Origin: an uncultured bacterium
Lineage (GTDB): Bacteria; Fidelibacterota; Marinisomatia; Marinisomatales; TCS56
Assembly (NCBI GenBank): GCA_964628055.1
Contig: CAZVNL010000001.1
Location: 4,114 to 68,113, forward strand
Reading direction: 5' to 3'
DNA length: 64,000 bases
The position numbers and the translations under genes were made by a program. The notes under the pieces are model-generated. The model made no database searches, was not told the DNA's origin, and saw nothing but the letters and a program-made list of their open reading frames with translations. Below, in pieces: positions 17,248-27,987 of this stretch (positions are counted from its first letter, which is position 1; each line of letters opens with the position of its first letter).

Positions 17248-20232
17248 ATGTATTCCCGGGTAAACCCAACTCCCAACGCCAATCAGTTAGCCGCCATTAC
17301 CCATCCACCTGCTCCGCTGATGATTATTGCCGGCGCAGGAACGGGCAAAACCTTCACCCTCATTCAACGTATCGTGTATCTCATTCAACATTATCAAATC
17401 GACCCCGGAACAATTTTAGTGATCACTTACACCGAAAAAGCCGCCCAGGAACTACAAATGCGAGTCATGGAAACAGTGGGCTCCCAAGCCCAGGACCTCA
17501 ATGTAGCTACCTTCCACGCCTTTTGCTACCGGGTGGTTTGTGAACATCCCTCCACTAGCAATCAGCCCCCCACCCTCATGGACGATGGAGACGCCATCTT
17601 CCTCCTGTTGAAACATTTCGATGACCTCCTTCCCTTCCGATCCCGTTTGTTTCCCCAGGATCCCGTTAAGGCTGTTACCAAATGCTTGCTCCCCTTTTTC
17701 AACCGCTTGCGTGACGAATTAATCGACTCCCAATCACAAGCCATCGACCAGGTAGCCCAAAACTTTGAAGAGCCCGAAAGGGCGGCCCAATTCAGGGACT
17801 TAATGCGCATTTACCCCTTGTTCCAGGCCTGGAAGCAAGAGGAAAACCGGGTGGACTATGGGGATATGATTCTGCGGTGCCACCAACTCCTTACTGAGGA
17901 TCACACCTTTTTAGCGCAGCAACGTGAACAGTACCAGCATTTCATCGTGGATGAATTTCAGGATAATAATTTCTCCTTAAATGCGATCATGGGGTTGCTC
18001 GTGGGCCACAGAGGGAGTATTACGGTTGTGGGCGATGTGGATCAGGTCGTCTACAGTTTCCGGGGGGCCAGTGTGGCCAATATCAAAGATTTTGAAACGC
18101 GCTACCACGCTTTCATCGACTACCGGGAAATTGACCTAGTCACTAATTACCGTTCCACCCAGCAAATCTTGGATGTAGCTAACCATGTTATTCAGCACAA
18201 CAGCAATCCCGTAAAAAAGTGGCTAATCGCAGCAGAAAACAATTCAACAGGTCCTTTGCCTGAAATCTGGTGGGGAGAACGCCCCCAACAACTTCGCTGG
18301 ATTGCGCAGAAAATAAAATCGCTCTTAAAAGAGGGGGTGGTTACCTTTTCTGATATTGCCATTCTCTGCCGTACGCGGGATCAAGTAAAAACTGTTGCCC
18401 AACACTTGCGGCGAGCGCGTTTGCCCGTGCAGGTCTATCTCACGGGTTTCTTTCAAATTCCCGTAATCCGGGATCTCCTGGCCTGGTGCCATGTAGTGGG
18501 GAGTGGGGCGCTCCAGGAGGGTGCCTTATACCGGCTCCTTCATCGAAGCCTGGAGCCTTCCCTATTGCGTAAGATAACCAGTCAACTACAACCAGGAGAA
18601 ACACTTGCTCAACTAGTATCAATCGGTAACAATTCGACGGAGTACCTCCCACTTGAAAAATTCCTTTACCTTATTCAGCTATTGCGTGAGCATACGGCAA
18701 AGTTAACCGCCGGTGAAATGGTGGTGGAAATCTGTGAATATACTGGCTTATTGCGACCTTACTTAAAGCGGTACGAGTTCCACGACCGGGTGGCTTTGAT
18801 GAACGCGGGAGAATTCATCAACCGCGCCCAAACTTTTGCCCGTCGGTACAGGGACCATAACCAGCTTCAGGATTTCGTGGAGTATATGGATATTCTCCAG
18901 CCCGCGGGTACCATTCCCACCCTTTACCCTCCAAACGGAAGCGACCGGACCGCCATCCTGGTTCAGACGATCCACGGCGTGAAGGGGGGCGAGTTTCCGC
19001 TGGTTATCATCCCCTTTAATCGGGTGGGAAGTTTCCCTCTGAATTATAAACCCAGTCCCTATTTAGACACCGCGCCCTTAACCTGGCGACCTAAAACAGA
19101 TGAAGAAAACCTTTCCCCTAAGGAATTCCACCTGGAAGAAGAACGACGACTTTTCTACGTGGCCGTGACCCGGGCTCAAAAACATTTATTCCTACTGGCT
19201 CCTCAAAAGGCCACCTCACATTTCATTAAAGAAATCCCTTCAAATTGCATAGAGGAATTTGACATGCCCACACAAGACATGATTACCCAACCAGCAACCT
19301 ACCATGATGTAAGAAGCTACTTTGAACAACGCTTGCTCCAGGCCCTGGGAGAGAATCAGTTCGAAAAAGTGCGTGAATACACCCGAATTTTAGAGCGACT
19401 GACCGCCATGGAAAGCGGACAGGCCATTCAATGGGGAAAGGAACCCTGGGAACAGGAACTCCAGAAACGCCTGCCAAAAAGCGTGGAGCGCACCGCCCCC
19501 TACCCTTTACGACTGTCAACCAGCGCTACGGAAACCTACCTGGAATGTCCCCTGAAATATCAACTGGCCCATATCGACCGCATTCCGGAAGCCATCAGTA
19601 AACCCCAGTTAGTCTTCGGTACTATCATTCACCGCGTGTTGGAAGAATTTCATAAACCCGACCAAACGCAAACTGAAAAACAATTACTGGAGTTGCTGGA
19701 GACTTATTGGGAAACGGAGGCTTTCGATTATCGCGCACGGGAAATGGAATTCAAAAAACAGGGAGAAGAACTCCTACGGCGGTATTTTACCAATTTCCAG
19801 GCCGAGCCACCCCAGGTCAAGGCCCGGGAGCTATGCTTTTCTTTTGAGTTGGATCAGGTAACCATTACCGGCAAGATCGACCGCATCGATGAAGGGGATC
19901 ACGGTTACCAAATTGTCGACTACAAAACCGGAAAAACCCGCACTCCCGCCAAACGAAATCTTCAACTGGCTATTTACTGCCTCTACCTTTACCTTCATCC
20001 CGAAACCCCTTTTGGCGGTTTGCCAGAATTGGCTACCCTTTACTATCTCCGCTCAGAAGACAAGCCCCAGGATACCCACCAGTTCTTGCCGGAGGAATTG
20101 GAGGCCACGAGGGAAAAAATCAAGGCCATTCGAGACGGCATTTGGAACCAGGAATTTACCCCTCGGAAGGGATTCCACTGTGACTGGTGCGACTATAAAA
20201 AACTGCTCTGCCCCGCCTGGGAAGAGGACTGA
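17248..20232 (+). CDS. UvrD/PcrA-family helicase fused to a C-terminal PD-(D/E)XK (Cas4/AddB-like, Fe-S) nuclease
   Basis: 994 aa. Helicase motifs GAGTGKT, DEFQDNN, VGDVDQVVYSFRGA, TIHGVKGGEF, VAVTRA. The C-terminus has GKIDRID...YQIVDYKTGK and Cys ligands (ECPLKY ... CDWCDYKKLLC). Confidence 0.85.
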   Translation: MYSRVNPTPNANQLAAITHPPAPLMIIAGAGTGKTFTLIQRIVYLIQHYQIDPGTILVITYTEKAAQELQMRVMETVGSQAQDLNVATFHAFCYRVVCEHPSTSNQPPTLMDDGDAIFLLLKHFDDLLPFRSRLFPQDPVKAVTKCLLPFFNRLRDELIDSQSQAIDQVAQNFEEPERAAQFRDLMRIYPLFQAWKQEENRVDYGDMILRCHQLLTEDHTFLAQQREQYQHFIVDEFQDNNFSLNAIMGLLVGHRGSITVVGDVDQVVYSFRGASVANIKDFETRYHAFIDYREIDLVTNYRSTQQILDVANHVIQHNSNPVKKWLIAAENNSTGPLPEIWWGERPQQLRWIAQKIKSLLKEGVVTFSDIAILCRTRDQVKTVAQHLRRARLPVQVYLTGFFQIPVIRDLLAWCHVVGSGALQEGALYRLLHRSLEPSLLRKITSQLQPGETLAQLVSIGNNSTEYLPLEKFLYLIQLLREHTAKLTAGEMVVEICEYTGLLRPYLKRYEFHDRVALMNAGEFINRAQTFARRYRDHNQLQDFVEYMDILQPAGTIPTLYPPNGSDRTAILVQTIHGVKGGEFPLVIIPFNRVGSFPLNYKPSPYLDTAPLTWRPKTDEENLSPKEFHLEEERRLFYVAVTRAQKHLFLLAPQKATSHFIKEIPSNCIEEFDMPTQDMITQPATYHDVRSYFEQRLLQALGENQFEKVREYTRILERLTAMESGQAIQWGKEPWEQELQKRLPKSVERTAPYPLRLSTSATETYLECPLKYQLAHIDRIPEAISKPQLVFGTIIHRVLEEFHKPDQTQTEKQLLELLETYWETEAFDYRAREMEFKKQGEELLRRYFTNFQAEPPQVKARELCFSFELDQVTITGKIDRIDEGDHGYQIVDYKTGKTRTPAKRNLQLAIYCLYLYLHPETPFGGLPELATLYYLRSEDKPQDTHQFLPEELEATREKIKAIRDGIWNQEFTPRKGFHCDWCDYKKLLCPAWEED

Positions 20233-20235
20233 AGA

Positions 20236-20661
20236 CTACTTCTTTACCAATAAATACTGCAGAACACCCTTGAAATCCTGTCCCCTGAAAAACACTTTCT
20301 TCGGGTACAGACTGGCATCGCTGCTCAGGGAATCCACCCGCACTTCGACCCAGTTGCTGGTAACCTCCCAGTAATTCAAGACCGAATCGACCTGGTTCTT
20401 TACCGTGATAAATACCGTATCATTGCTGGTGAAGTCGGTGACCGTCAGGGTTGTATTGAGCACCGAGGTGGAATCCAGTTTTAAAGCTAAAATAAAGCGT
20501 TCATCGAAAGTAAACCGGTTCCCTTTCAAGGAGAAGCTGAACACATTCTCGGTGCTTACCACAGCCGGTAAATCTTCGATTAAACCATCGATAGGTTCCG
20601 GTGGGCCCACACAAGCAAGGGTAAAAACGAAGGGTAGAATTAAAAGCTTAGGCAGTCTCAT
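20236..20661 (-). CDS. Hypothetical lipoprotein
   Basis: 141 aa with signal plus lipobox (VFTLAC). Its start overlaps the rmuC end by 14 nt. Confidence 0.55.
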   Translation of the reverse strand: MRLPKLLILPFVFTLACVGPPEPIDGLIEDLPAVVSTENVFSFSLKGNRFTFDERFILALKLDSTSVLNTTLTVTDFTSNDTVFITVKNQVDSVLNYWEVTSNWVEVRVDSLSSDASLYPKKVFFRGQDFKGVLQYLLVKK

Positions 20662-21760
20662 CTTTAAGGGGCAACTGGGGGGGCGTCTGCCGCTCCCCTA
20701 ACTGTAAATCGAGGATCTTATCTATAGGTTTTTCTAACTGTTTACTCCGGGTATTTTGCAATTCAGTATAATGATTTTGAGCAGCTGCCAGGGATTTCCC
20801 TAAGGCGTCCAGTTTGCCAACAAATTTCAACCATTGGTTTTTAAAGGCCTGTACCAAGGCTTGAATTTCCCCGGCCCTGGTTTCCAATTGAAAGTTCTGG
20901 ACCGCCTGACGAATTAAGGAGAGGACTGCGTACAGGGTTACAGGGGAGCACAGGACCACCTTATTGTCCAAAGCAAAATCGATTACATCCCCGCCTTCTT
21001 TATTCAGAAAGGCATAGATTCCCTCATTGGGAATGAACATGAGGACATAATCCACCGTTCCTCCCGCGGGATCGATATAAGCTCGTTGGGCAATGGTTTT
21101 AATATGTTGTTTTACGTCACTTAAGAATTGCTTTTTTTCTCTTTCCCAGTCTTCTTTAGAGTCACTGGTAAACAGAGTAGCGTAATGGCTCCAGGGAAAT
21201 TTCACGTCCATATTAATGCGACGGCCCTGGGGCAAATTGAAGGTAAAATCGGGTCGACCGCTTCCCTCCTGACTCTGTTTCTGGTAATTGACGCCCTCCA
21301 CTAATCCCATGAAGTTCAGGATATCCTCTACCATTTTCTCCCCCCACTGCCCCCGGGCCTGGGAACTGGATAACACCTGGTTTAATTTGGACGTACTATC
21401 CGCCAGGCGCGACAGCCCTTCCCGCGATTCAATCATCTGGCCGTGCAATTGGTGAGTCTGTTTGGTTAGGTTTTCCAATTGAACCCGCAGCTCCTTTAAA
21501 CTGGAATCGATAAGTTTCTTTTTCTCCTCCAATTGTGAGTCAGAAGATTTTAATAGCTCATTAAATCGGCTTTCGGCCACTTCTAATAAGGTTGTAATGT
21601 TCTGATCTAAGGCTTCCTTGGAAAGGGTACCGAAAACATCCCGCAGATGCGTCTCGCTGGCCTGCGCCATTTTGATTTCCCTCTGGCGTACGAACCAGAT
21701 AACTAGGCCTCCTAAAACGAAACCCAAGAGAAATAAGAGAATTCCTGCTGTTAATGACAT
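20648..21760 (-). CDS. rmuC: DNA recombination protein RmuC
   Basis: 370 aa with an N-terminal TM, a long coiled coil and the C-terminal RmuC nuclease-like core (RPDFTFNLPQGRRINMDVKFP...MFIPNEGIY). Confidence 0.85.
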   Translation of the reverse strand: MSLTAGILLFLLGFVLGGLVIWFVRQREIKMAQASETHLRDVFGTLSKEALDQNITTLLEVAESRFNELLKSSDSQLEEKKKLIDSSLKELRVQLENLTKQTHQLHGQMIESREGLSRLADSTSKLNQVLSSSQARGQWGEKMVEDILNFMGLVEGVNYQKQSQEGSGRPDFTFNLPQGRRINMDVKFPWSHYATLFTSDSKEDWEREKKQFLSDVKQHIKTIAQRAYIDPAGGTVDYVLMFIPNEGIYAFLNKEGGDVIDFALDNKVVLCSPVTLYAVLSLIRQAVQNFQLETRAGEIQALVQAFKNQWLKFVGKLDALGKSLAAAQNHYTELQNTRSKQLEKPIDKILDLQLGERQTPPQLPLKDETA

Positions 21761-21864
21761 ACCAAAACCTACGGCAAAGCGACCATTTCCAAAATAGAAT
21801 TCAAGTAAATATAAACCTTATATACGGCCAAAATATGCTACGAAAAACCCCCTCCTGTAAATTA

Positions 21865-22461
21865 CTATTCCGTTGTACCAGCTAAACCCAAGACTTCGGC
21901 TTGCTCCCGTAAAGCATCAATGATAAACTGAATATGTTCAGCCCGATCTACGCCCAATTCCTCAATCCCCTGGGCAACTTCCGCCCGATCAACCTTGGCA
22001 GCGAAACTCTTATCCTTCAGTTTCTTGGTGACGGATTTGACTTTCACTTCCCGAATAGATTTCGAGGGTCGTACATAGGTTACCGCAAAAATAAACCCGG
22101 TCAGCTCGTCACAGGCATACAGGACCTTGGCTAAGAGACTTTTGCGGGGGACACCGGTATAGTTAGCATGTCCCATGATGGCCTTCCGGATCTCAGCGCT
22201 ATATCCCAGGGATTCCAGGATTTTGTTCCCAACATAGGGATGTTCCTCAGCGGTGGGATGTTGTTCATAGTCAAAATCGTGCAACAGCCCGGTGATGCCC
22301 CAAATATCCTCATCTTCGCCATACTTCCGGGCGTAACAACGCATCACCTGCTCTAAAGCCAAGGCATGGCGGCGTAAAGAGTCACTTTGCGTGTATTGGT
22401 AGAGCAATTCCAAGGCTGCTTTACGGGAAGGAGTTGAAGCGGTCATTGGGAAGGTTATCAA
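21865..22461 (-). CDS. HD/HDIG-domain phosphohydrolase
   Basis: 198 aa with H...HD metal motif (GLLHDFDYE) and later GHANYTG / ACDELTG. Confidence 0.75.
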   Translation of the reverse strand: MITFPMTASTPSRKAALELLYQYTQSDSLRRHALALEQVMRCYARKYGEDEDIWGITGLLHDFDYEQHPTAEEHPYVGNKILESLGYSAEIRKAIMGHANYTGVPRKSLLAKVLYACDELTGFIFAVTYVRPSKSIREVKVKSVTKKLKDKSFAAKVDRAEVAQGIEELGVDRAEHIQFIIDALREQAEVLGLAGTTE

Positions 22462-22481
22462 TATGGGAAAAGTATGATTGC

Positions 22482-23948
22482 CTATATTCCCAGTAAATCC
22501 AACACCAAGCGAATCATCACTCCCGAGGCCCCCTTTTTGGGAAGGTACGGTTTTTTTTCAGCGTTCCAGGCGGTTCCGGCAATATCGAAATGCACCCAGG
22601 GAATGTCTTCTTTAACAAATTCTTTTAGAAAGGCACCCCCAGCAATAGTCCCGGCCTGGCGTTCCGCCCCTACGTTTTTTACATCAGCCACCTTCGATTT
22701 AACCTGCTCACAGTACTCATCCCAGAGGGGGAACTCCCACACAGGTTCGCCCGTTCTCCGGGAAGCCGTTTTTACTTCTTTAATGAGATCTGCGTCACTG
22801 CCCATGATCCCAGTAGCGACGTGTCCCAGGGCGGTTATGACCGCGCCGGTGAGCGTGGCAAAATCTAAAATATAGCGGGGCTCGTAATGCTTGCTCACGT
22901 AGCTCAAGGCATCCGCCAGAATAAGGCGTCCCTCGGCATCTGTATTGAGTACTTCGATAGTCTTGCCATTGTAAGCCGTGAGGATGTCACCTGGTTTATA
23001 GGCTTTGGCACCGCTTAAATTTTCCGTGGAGGGAATTACTCCAACGACATTCAAAGGGGGTTTACTCTGTGCAACAGCCTTCATAACCCCTAAAACCACA
23101 CCGGACCCGCACATATCGAATTTCATTTCATCCATTTTGGAAGCGGGTTTAATAGATATCCCGCCGCTATCAAAGGTGAGTCCTTTCCCCACTAAGACGA
23201 CTGGTTTCTTGTCGGAAGCACCGCCGTTATACTCCATGACAATAAACTGGGGTGGCTCAGCGGAACCCCGGGCAACGCCCACCAGAGCCCCCATTCCCAT
23301 CTTGGTAAAAGTTTCCCGGTCAAACACGGTGACCTTCATACCTCCTTCTTGACCAATCTGCCGGGCTTCTTCCGCTAACTTAGTGGGAGTGGTCACGTTC
23401 CCTGGATGATTTTCCAGGTCCCGGGCGTAACAAACAGCTTCGCCAAACAGCCGCCCCTTCTCGATTCCTTCTTCCGAACCCTGGAGAAGAATTGCCGACT
23501 CAAGTTCAAACAGTTCTTCCGTCCGGGTTTTATATTCTAAAAACTGATAGCTCCCCAAAATTAACCCTTCCACCATGGCCTGGCTGGCAGCCGCATCAAC
23601 GCGATTGTCAAAAACCTCTAAGGCAATGTGTTTACATTTCTTATCGATGGCCGTTTTCGCAACGGTACCCCCCGCTTTGCGCAAGGTTTCTAAATCCAAC
23701 GCTTCTTGTTTTCCAAGCCCGACTATTAAAAAGCGCTTTTGCCCTTTGTAAAACAGGACGGCCTCTCCCACCTTGCCCTTAATATCACCTAATTTAATGG
23801 CTTCGGAAATCTGGTGGTCAAGATATTCGTTCACTTCCGCTCCGGTGGCAGTAAGCGCGGTTTCTTCGGTCACCCCAACGGCAAAAAGGTCAGTGGCCAA
23901 GTCCTGCCAATCTTTCGTTGTGGATAATATTGCTTTCAAGTAGGCCAT
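22482..23948 (-). CDS. pepA: Leucyl aminopeptidase (M17)
   Basis: The NTDAEGRLILAD signature and VGKGLTFDSGG are present. The start was moved to MAYLKAIL (ATG at 23948, preceded by GGAAGGAAG) rather than the 15-codon longer ORF. Confidence 0.9.
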   Translation of the reverse strand: MAYLKAILSTTKDWQDLATDLFAVGVTEETALTATGAEVNEYLDHQISEAIKLGDIKGKVGEAVLFYKGQKRFLIVGLGKQEALDLETLRKAGGTVAKTAIDKKCKHIALEVFDNRVDAAASQAMVEGLILGSYQFLEYKTRTEELFELESAILLQGSEEGIEKGRLFGEAVCYARDLENHPGNVTTPTKLAEEARQIGQEGGMKVTVFDRETFTKMGMGALVGVARGSAEPPQFIVMEYNGGASDKKPVVLVGKGLTFDSGGISIKPASKMDEMKFDMCGSGVVLGVMKAVAQSKPPLNVVGVIPSTENLSGAKAYKPGDILTAYNGKTIEVLNTDAEGRLILADALSYVSKHYEPRYILDFATLTGAVITALGHVATGIMGSDADLIKEVKTASRRTGEPVWEFPLWDEYCEQVKSKVADVKNVGAERQAGTIAGGAFLKEFVKEDIPWVHFDIAGTAWNAEKKPYLPKKGASGVMIRLVLDLLGI

Positions 23949-24082
23949 AGTCTTCCTTCCGTTTATTGTAAAAATGAGTATTGATATACTCAAATAGCTA
24001 ATGCCAAATTAAAGTAAAATAAGTTATTCCTGAAATGAATTTCGTCTTTAGGTTTTTAATACCCCTTACAGGTTTCCCAGAC

Positions 24083-26020
24083 CTACACTCGTCTTTTTAC
24101 CAAGCTTTCCACAATCGTTGGATCCGCCAAAGTAGAAATATCTCCTATATGATCCAGGTCCCCTTCGGTGATTTTACGTAAGATTCGGCGCATGATTTTC
24201 CCCGAACGCGTTTTTGGTAAAGCAGAGGTGAATTGTATCTTGTCTGGCTTCGCGTGAGGGCCGATCTCTTGGGTGACCTTCGTTAAGATATCCCTGACAA
24301 CTTCATCATCATGCGTAACGCCCGTCATGAGGGTTACGAAAGCATAAATACCCTGACCTTTAATGTCGTGGGGATAGCCCACAACCGCCGCTTCGGCCAC
24401 TCCCTTGGCCTTGCCAATGGCACCCTCCACCTCGGCCGTCCCGATGCGATGACCAGAAACATTGAGTACATCGTCTACACGGCCCGTTATCCAGTAATAA
24501 CCATCTTCATCCCGCCGGGCACCATCCCCGGTTAAATAGTATCCAGAATACGTGGCAAAGTAGGTCTGACGAAAACGGTCATGATCTCCGTACACGGTGC
24601 GCATGATTCCCGGCCAGGCTATTTTTATCGCCAGTAAACCAGAAACATTATTCCCCTCAATCTCTTTTCCATCTTCCGTCAATAGAACCGGTTGGATGCC
24701 GAAAAAGGGTAGCGTCGCCGAACCGGGTTTCAGAGGGGTCGCTCCAGGCAGAGGAGTTAAAAGAATCCCGCCCGTCTCGGTTTGCCACCAAGTGTCAACA
24801 ATGGGGCACCGTCCTTTCCCGATTTCACGATAATACCAGAGCCATTCAGGTTCTTTGATAGGTTCACCCACCGTCCCTAATATCTTTAGGCTAGATAAAT
24901 CGTGGTTTTGAACCCATTGGTTTCCTTCCTTCATCAAGGCGCGTAGAGCAGTTGGCGCCGTGTAGAAAATATTGACTTTATGTTTGTCAACGATATCCCA
25001 GAAACGACCATAATCAGGATAATTAGGGACCCCCTCAAACATAATGGTAATGGCTCGATTGGCTAAAGGGCCATAGACGATGTAGGAATGTCCCGTTATC
25101 CATCCGATATCGGCCGTGCACCAGTAAATATCACCCTCATGATAATCAAAGATGATTTCATGAGAGTAGGCCGCGTACACCAAATAACCTCCGGTTGTGT
25201 GCAAAACCCCTTTCGGTTTGCCGGTGGAACCAGAGGTGTAGAGAATAAAGAGCGGGTCTTCCGCATCGAGTATCACCGGGGGACTGTCAGCCGCAACCTT
25301 GGCGATTTCTTCATGCCACCAGTGATCCCGGCGGGGTTTCATGGGAACGGGTTCACCTGTGCGCCGGACAACGATGACGCGTTCGATAAAAGGCGTCCCC
25401 TCCAGGGCACGGTCGGCATTGCGTTTCATGGGAATATCGGTCTTTCGCCCTCGCACACCCGTATCCTGGGTTATTAATAGGCGACAATTAGAATCATTGA
25501 TCCGATTACGTAGAGAGTCGCTGCTAAAGGCACCGAAAACAACCGAGTGTACCGCTCCCAGACGGGCACAGGCTAACATGGCAATGGCTAATTCAGGAAT
25601 CATCTGTAAATAGATACAAACACGATCTCCCTTTTTAATACCCATCCCCTTTAAAACATTCGCCAATGTTTGAACCTCTTTCAATAATTCACTATAGGTA
25701 TACGCTTTTGATTCCTGGGAATCGTTGCCCTCCCATATGAGGGCCGTTTGGTCGCCATACCCTGCCTCCACGTGCCGATCGAGACAGTTATAGCTTGCAT
25801 TTAGCTTTCCGCCTTTAAAAAACTCAATATTTGCAGTTACAAAATCGTAGTCTATGACCTTTTGCCACCGCTCATACCAACTAATCCGCTCCGCAATCTG
25901 ACCCCAAAAAGCTTCCGGATTATTGATCGACTGGTTATAGAGTTTCCAGTATTCATCCAGAGTTTTAATCCAAGCGCGCTTAGAAATCCGCTCAGGAGGC
26001 AAATACGTTTTCTCAGACAT
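24083..26020 (-). CDS. acs: Acetyl-CoA synthetase (AMP-forming)
   Basis: 645 aa with YTSGSTGKPKGV, WWQTETGG, YLTGDGARRDEDGYYWITGRVDDV and SGKIMRR. Length and N-terminus are typical of Acs. Confidence 0.92.
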   Translation of the reverse strand: MSEKTYLPPERISKRAWIKTLDEYWKLYNQSINNPEAFWGQIAERISWYERWQKVIDYDFVTANIEFFKGGKLNASYNCLDRHVEAGYGDQTALIWEGNDSQESKAYTYSELLKEVQTLANVLKGMGIKKGDRVCIYLQMIPELAIAMLACARLGAVHSVVFGAFSSDSLRNRINDSNCRLLITQDTGVRGRKTDIPMKRNADRALEGTPFIERVIVVRRTGEPVPMKPRRDHWWHEEIAKVAADSPPVILDAEDPLFILYTSGSTGKPKGVLHTTGGYLVYAAYSHEIIFDYHEGDIYWCTADIGWITGHSYIVYGPLANRAITIMFEGVPNYPDYGRFWDIVDKHKVNIFYTAPTALRALMKEGNQWVQNHDLSSLKILGTVGEPIKEPEWLWYYREIGKGRCPIVDTWWQTETGGILLTPLPGATPLKPGSATLPFFGIQPVLLTEDGKEIEGNNVSGLLAIKIAWPGIMRTVYGDHDRFRQTYFATYSGYYLTGDGARRDEDGYYWITGRVDDVLNVSGHRIGTAEVEGAIGKAKGVAEAAVVGYPHDIKGQGIYAFVTLMTGVTHDDEVVRDILTKVTQEIGPHAKPDKIQFTSALPKTRSGKIMRRILRKITEGDLDHIGDISTLADPTIVESLVKRRV

Positions 26021-26129
26021 GTTCTACTCCTATCTTAGACTCAGAAATATTATTCTCAAAGCAGTAAAATAAGATATTTATATCCTATTAGTCAAAATAA
26101 ATAGTACCTATTACGCTCCTAAAATGAAG

Positions 26130-27614
26130 TTATTCCTTTGCGGAGGACTCTTCAATCAATTCATAGGTAATCTTCATTTTCTGGTTGATGGAGAAAGTTT
26201 GTTCATCCACCAGTTCCCCCAATTTGTAAACCTGTAAATGATGGGTACCTGCTTCCATCATAAATTTGATCTTTTTCTCCTGCCAGCGATACTCATCATC
26301 GAGGATGAAGGTCAAACTATCTTCATGAGAATAAAACTTAACTGGATAGAAAGGACTCAATTTTACTTCGATGGTTAGCGCTTCTGCTGATTGTATCTGG
26401 ATGGTTTTCGTAACCGGAGCATAATCTACTTTTTTTATCGTCACATTGTGATCACCTATTTCTACGGGGTAGTTAACCACGGGAGTAAGGCCTATCGATT
26501 GGGCATCCAGCAGCACTTCTGCCTCAACGGGAACGCTGGTAAAGGTGGTGGGGACAAAATAGCGCGCTATGAGAGCGGAAACCGGAAGCGTCTCAACTAG
26601 TTCTACAGGAGCCTCTTTTTGGGGAGGTGCTTTTTTCGGCTTCGGTGCCTTTTTCAACACCGGTGTAACATAGCGATTTAACACCCACCCTTCTACTTCC
26701 TGGGTAGTTCCTCTGGTTTCATCCCGGACCTCCGTCAAACCAAACAATCGATCACCAGCTACTTTCGAGACGATCACCAGATCACCCTGTGATAGAAAGA
26801 AGTGTACCGGGGCTCCGTTCTGTGGTCCCTCCCGGAAGGGGACTAAATTCTCTTTCACGCGATATGGTGCTCCCTTTTCAAGGAAAGCTTGCGGCGGGCC
26901 AAGAAACAGATCCCTCCTGATTTCATGTTTCTTATGGAAGTTGAAAGGGACACTTAGTTTTGGCAAAGCGCCTTTGGTATCCACCGTCAACTTTAAATGC
27001 TCCTGTTCTCCCTGGGAAGCGCGTAGTTGCAAGCGATAAAACCCTATAGTATCAGTAACGGACATGGCCAGTACGCGTTGACTATCGGCCAGGCTAACTT
27101 CCGCCCCGGTGATTGGGCTGCTATCGGATCGACGATAAACGGTCCCCAGTAATACATACGGAATGCGCTGAACTTTAAAGATGGGAAGTTCAAGTCGATG
27201 GGAAGGAGTCACCGAAAAAGTATGTTGCACTTTTAGAAAATCACCGCCTAAAGGCACCAGAACAGCCAAGTTCCCCGAGGGCTCTCGGTTGAGGGTATTA
27301 CGCGGTAAAACCAGTTTAATACTATCCCCGGGAAAGAACACTTGTTGGAGTAAGGGTTCCGCTGTATTACGACGATCGTAGATACTCAACCGGTAGGCCG
27401 TGGGTTGTGCGTCCAGAATTAGAACGGGAGCCACGATGGTGACTTCGGCGTAAGTGTAACGCATATTAATCTCGTCGTTATCGGTAATTACAATAGGGCG
27501 ATCATACTGATTTACTTTAAGATAGGAACAACCGACGGACCATAGAATAGCGACTATGATCCCCGAATAATAAACCGTGAGTTTGAATCTACTCAATAGG
27601 AACCCCGTGGGCAA
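26130..27614 (-). CDS. Hypothetical lipoprotein with CarboxypepD_reg-like, SH3-like and PEGA-like domains
   Basis: 494 aa with N-terminal anchor/lipobox (WSVGCS). Contains GTVYRR...ITGAEVSL, an SH3-like segment, a Lys/Pro linker (KKAPKPKKAPPQKEAP) and a PEGA-like C-terminal region. Confidence 0.5.
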   Translation of the reverse strand: MPTGFLLSRFKLTVYYSGIIVAILWSVGCSYLKVNQYDRPIVITDNDEINMRYTYAEVTIVAPVLILDAQPTAYRLSIYDRRNTAEPLLQQVFFPGDSIKLVLPRNTLNREPSGNLAVLVPLGGDFLKVQHTFSVTPSHRLELPIFKVQRIPYVLLGTVYRRSDSSPITGAEVSLADSQRVLAMSVTDTIGFYRLQLRASQGEQEHLKLTVDTKGALPKLSVPFNFHKKHEIRRDLFLGPPQAFLEKGAPYRVKENLVPFREGPQNGAPVHFFLSQGDLVIVSKVAGDRLFGLTEVRDETRGTTQEVEGWVLNRYVTPVLKKAPKPKKAPPQKEAPVELVETLPVSALIARYFVPTTFTSVPVEAEVLLDAQSIGLTPVVNYPVEIGDHNVTIKKVDYAPVTKTIQIQSAEALTIEVKLSPFYPVKFYSHEDSLTFILDDEYRWQEKKIKFMMEAGTHHLQVYKLGELVDEQTFSINQKMKITYELIEESSAKE

Positions 27615-27987
27615 ATTTATGGTACTGTCCCGCTTTGTCTTTATGAACTGCTACCATTGTGATATCGGCTTTACAAGCCAAGCGGCTGCCTTTCTCCCGA
27701 CTTTCTGCATAGGCTTCCACTCGAATAGTGAAGGAGGTCTTTCCCACTCGGATGACGCACCCGGTAAAGTTCACCCATTCTCCAGCGAAAACCGGTTCGC
27801 TAAATTCAACCTTCTCGATGGCGCGGGTCACGGCACCGCTGGCACCCGTGTCGCGAAGAAAACGGAAAGCCACCTTCGCTGCGGCTAAGTCCATCCAGGA
27901 GACCATTTGTCCCCCGAATAAGGTACCAATGTTGTTGATGTGGTCGGGCATCACCAATTGAGAGTAGTTCGCTGTGTAATCTCTCAT
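27589..27987 (-). CDS. Acyl-CoA thioesterase (hotdog fold, YciA/BFIT-like)
   Basis: 132 aa. MPDHINNIGTLFGGQMVSWMDLAA matches the hotdog thioesterase N-terminal motif. Confidence 0.8.
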   Translation of the reverse strand: MRDYTANYSQLVMPDHINNIGTLFGGQMVSWMDLAAAKVAFRFLRDTGASGAVTRAIEKVEFSEPVFAGEWVNFTGCVIRVGKTSFTIRVEAYAESREKGSRLACKADITMVAVHKDKAGQYHKFAHGVPIE

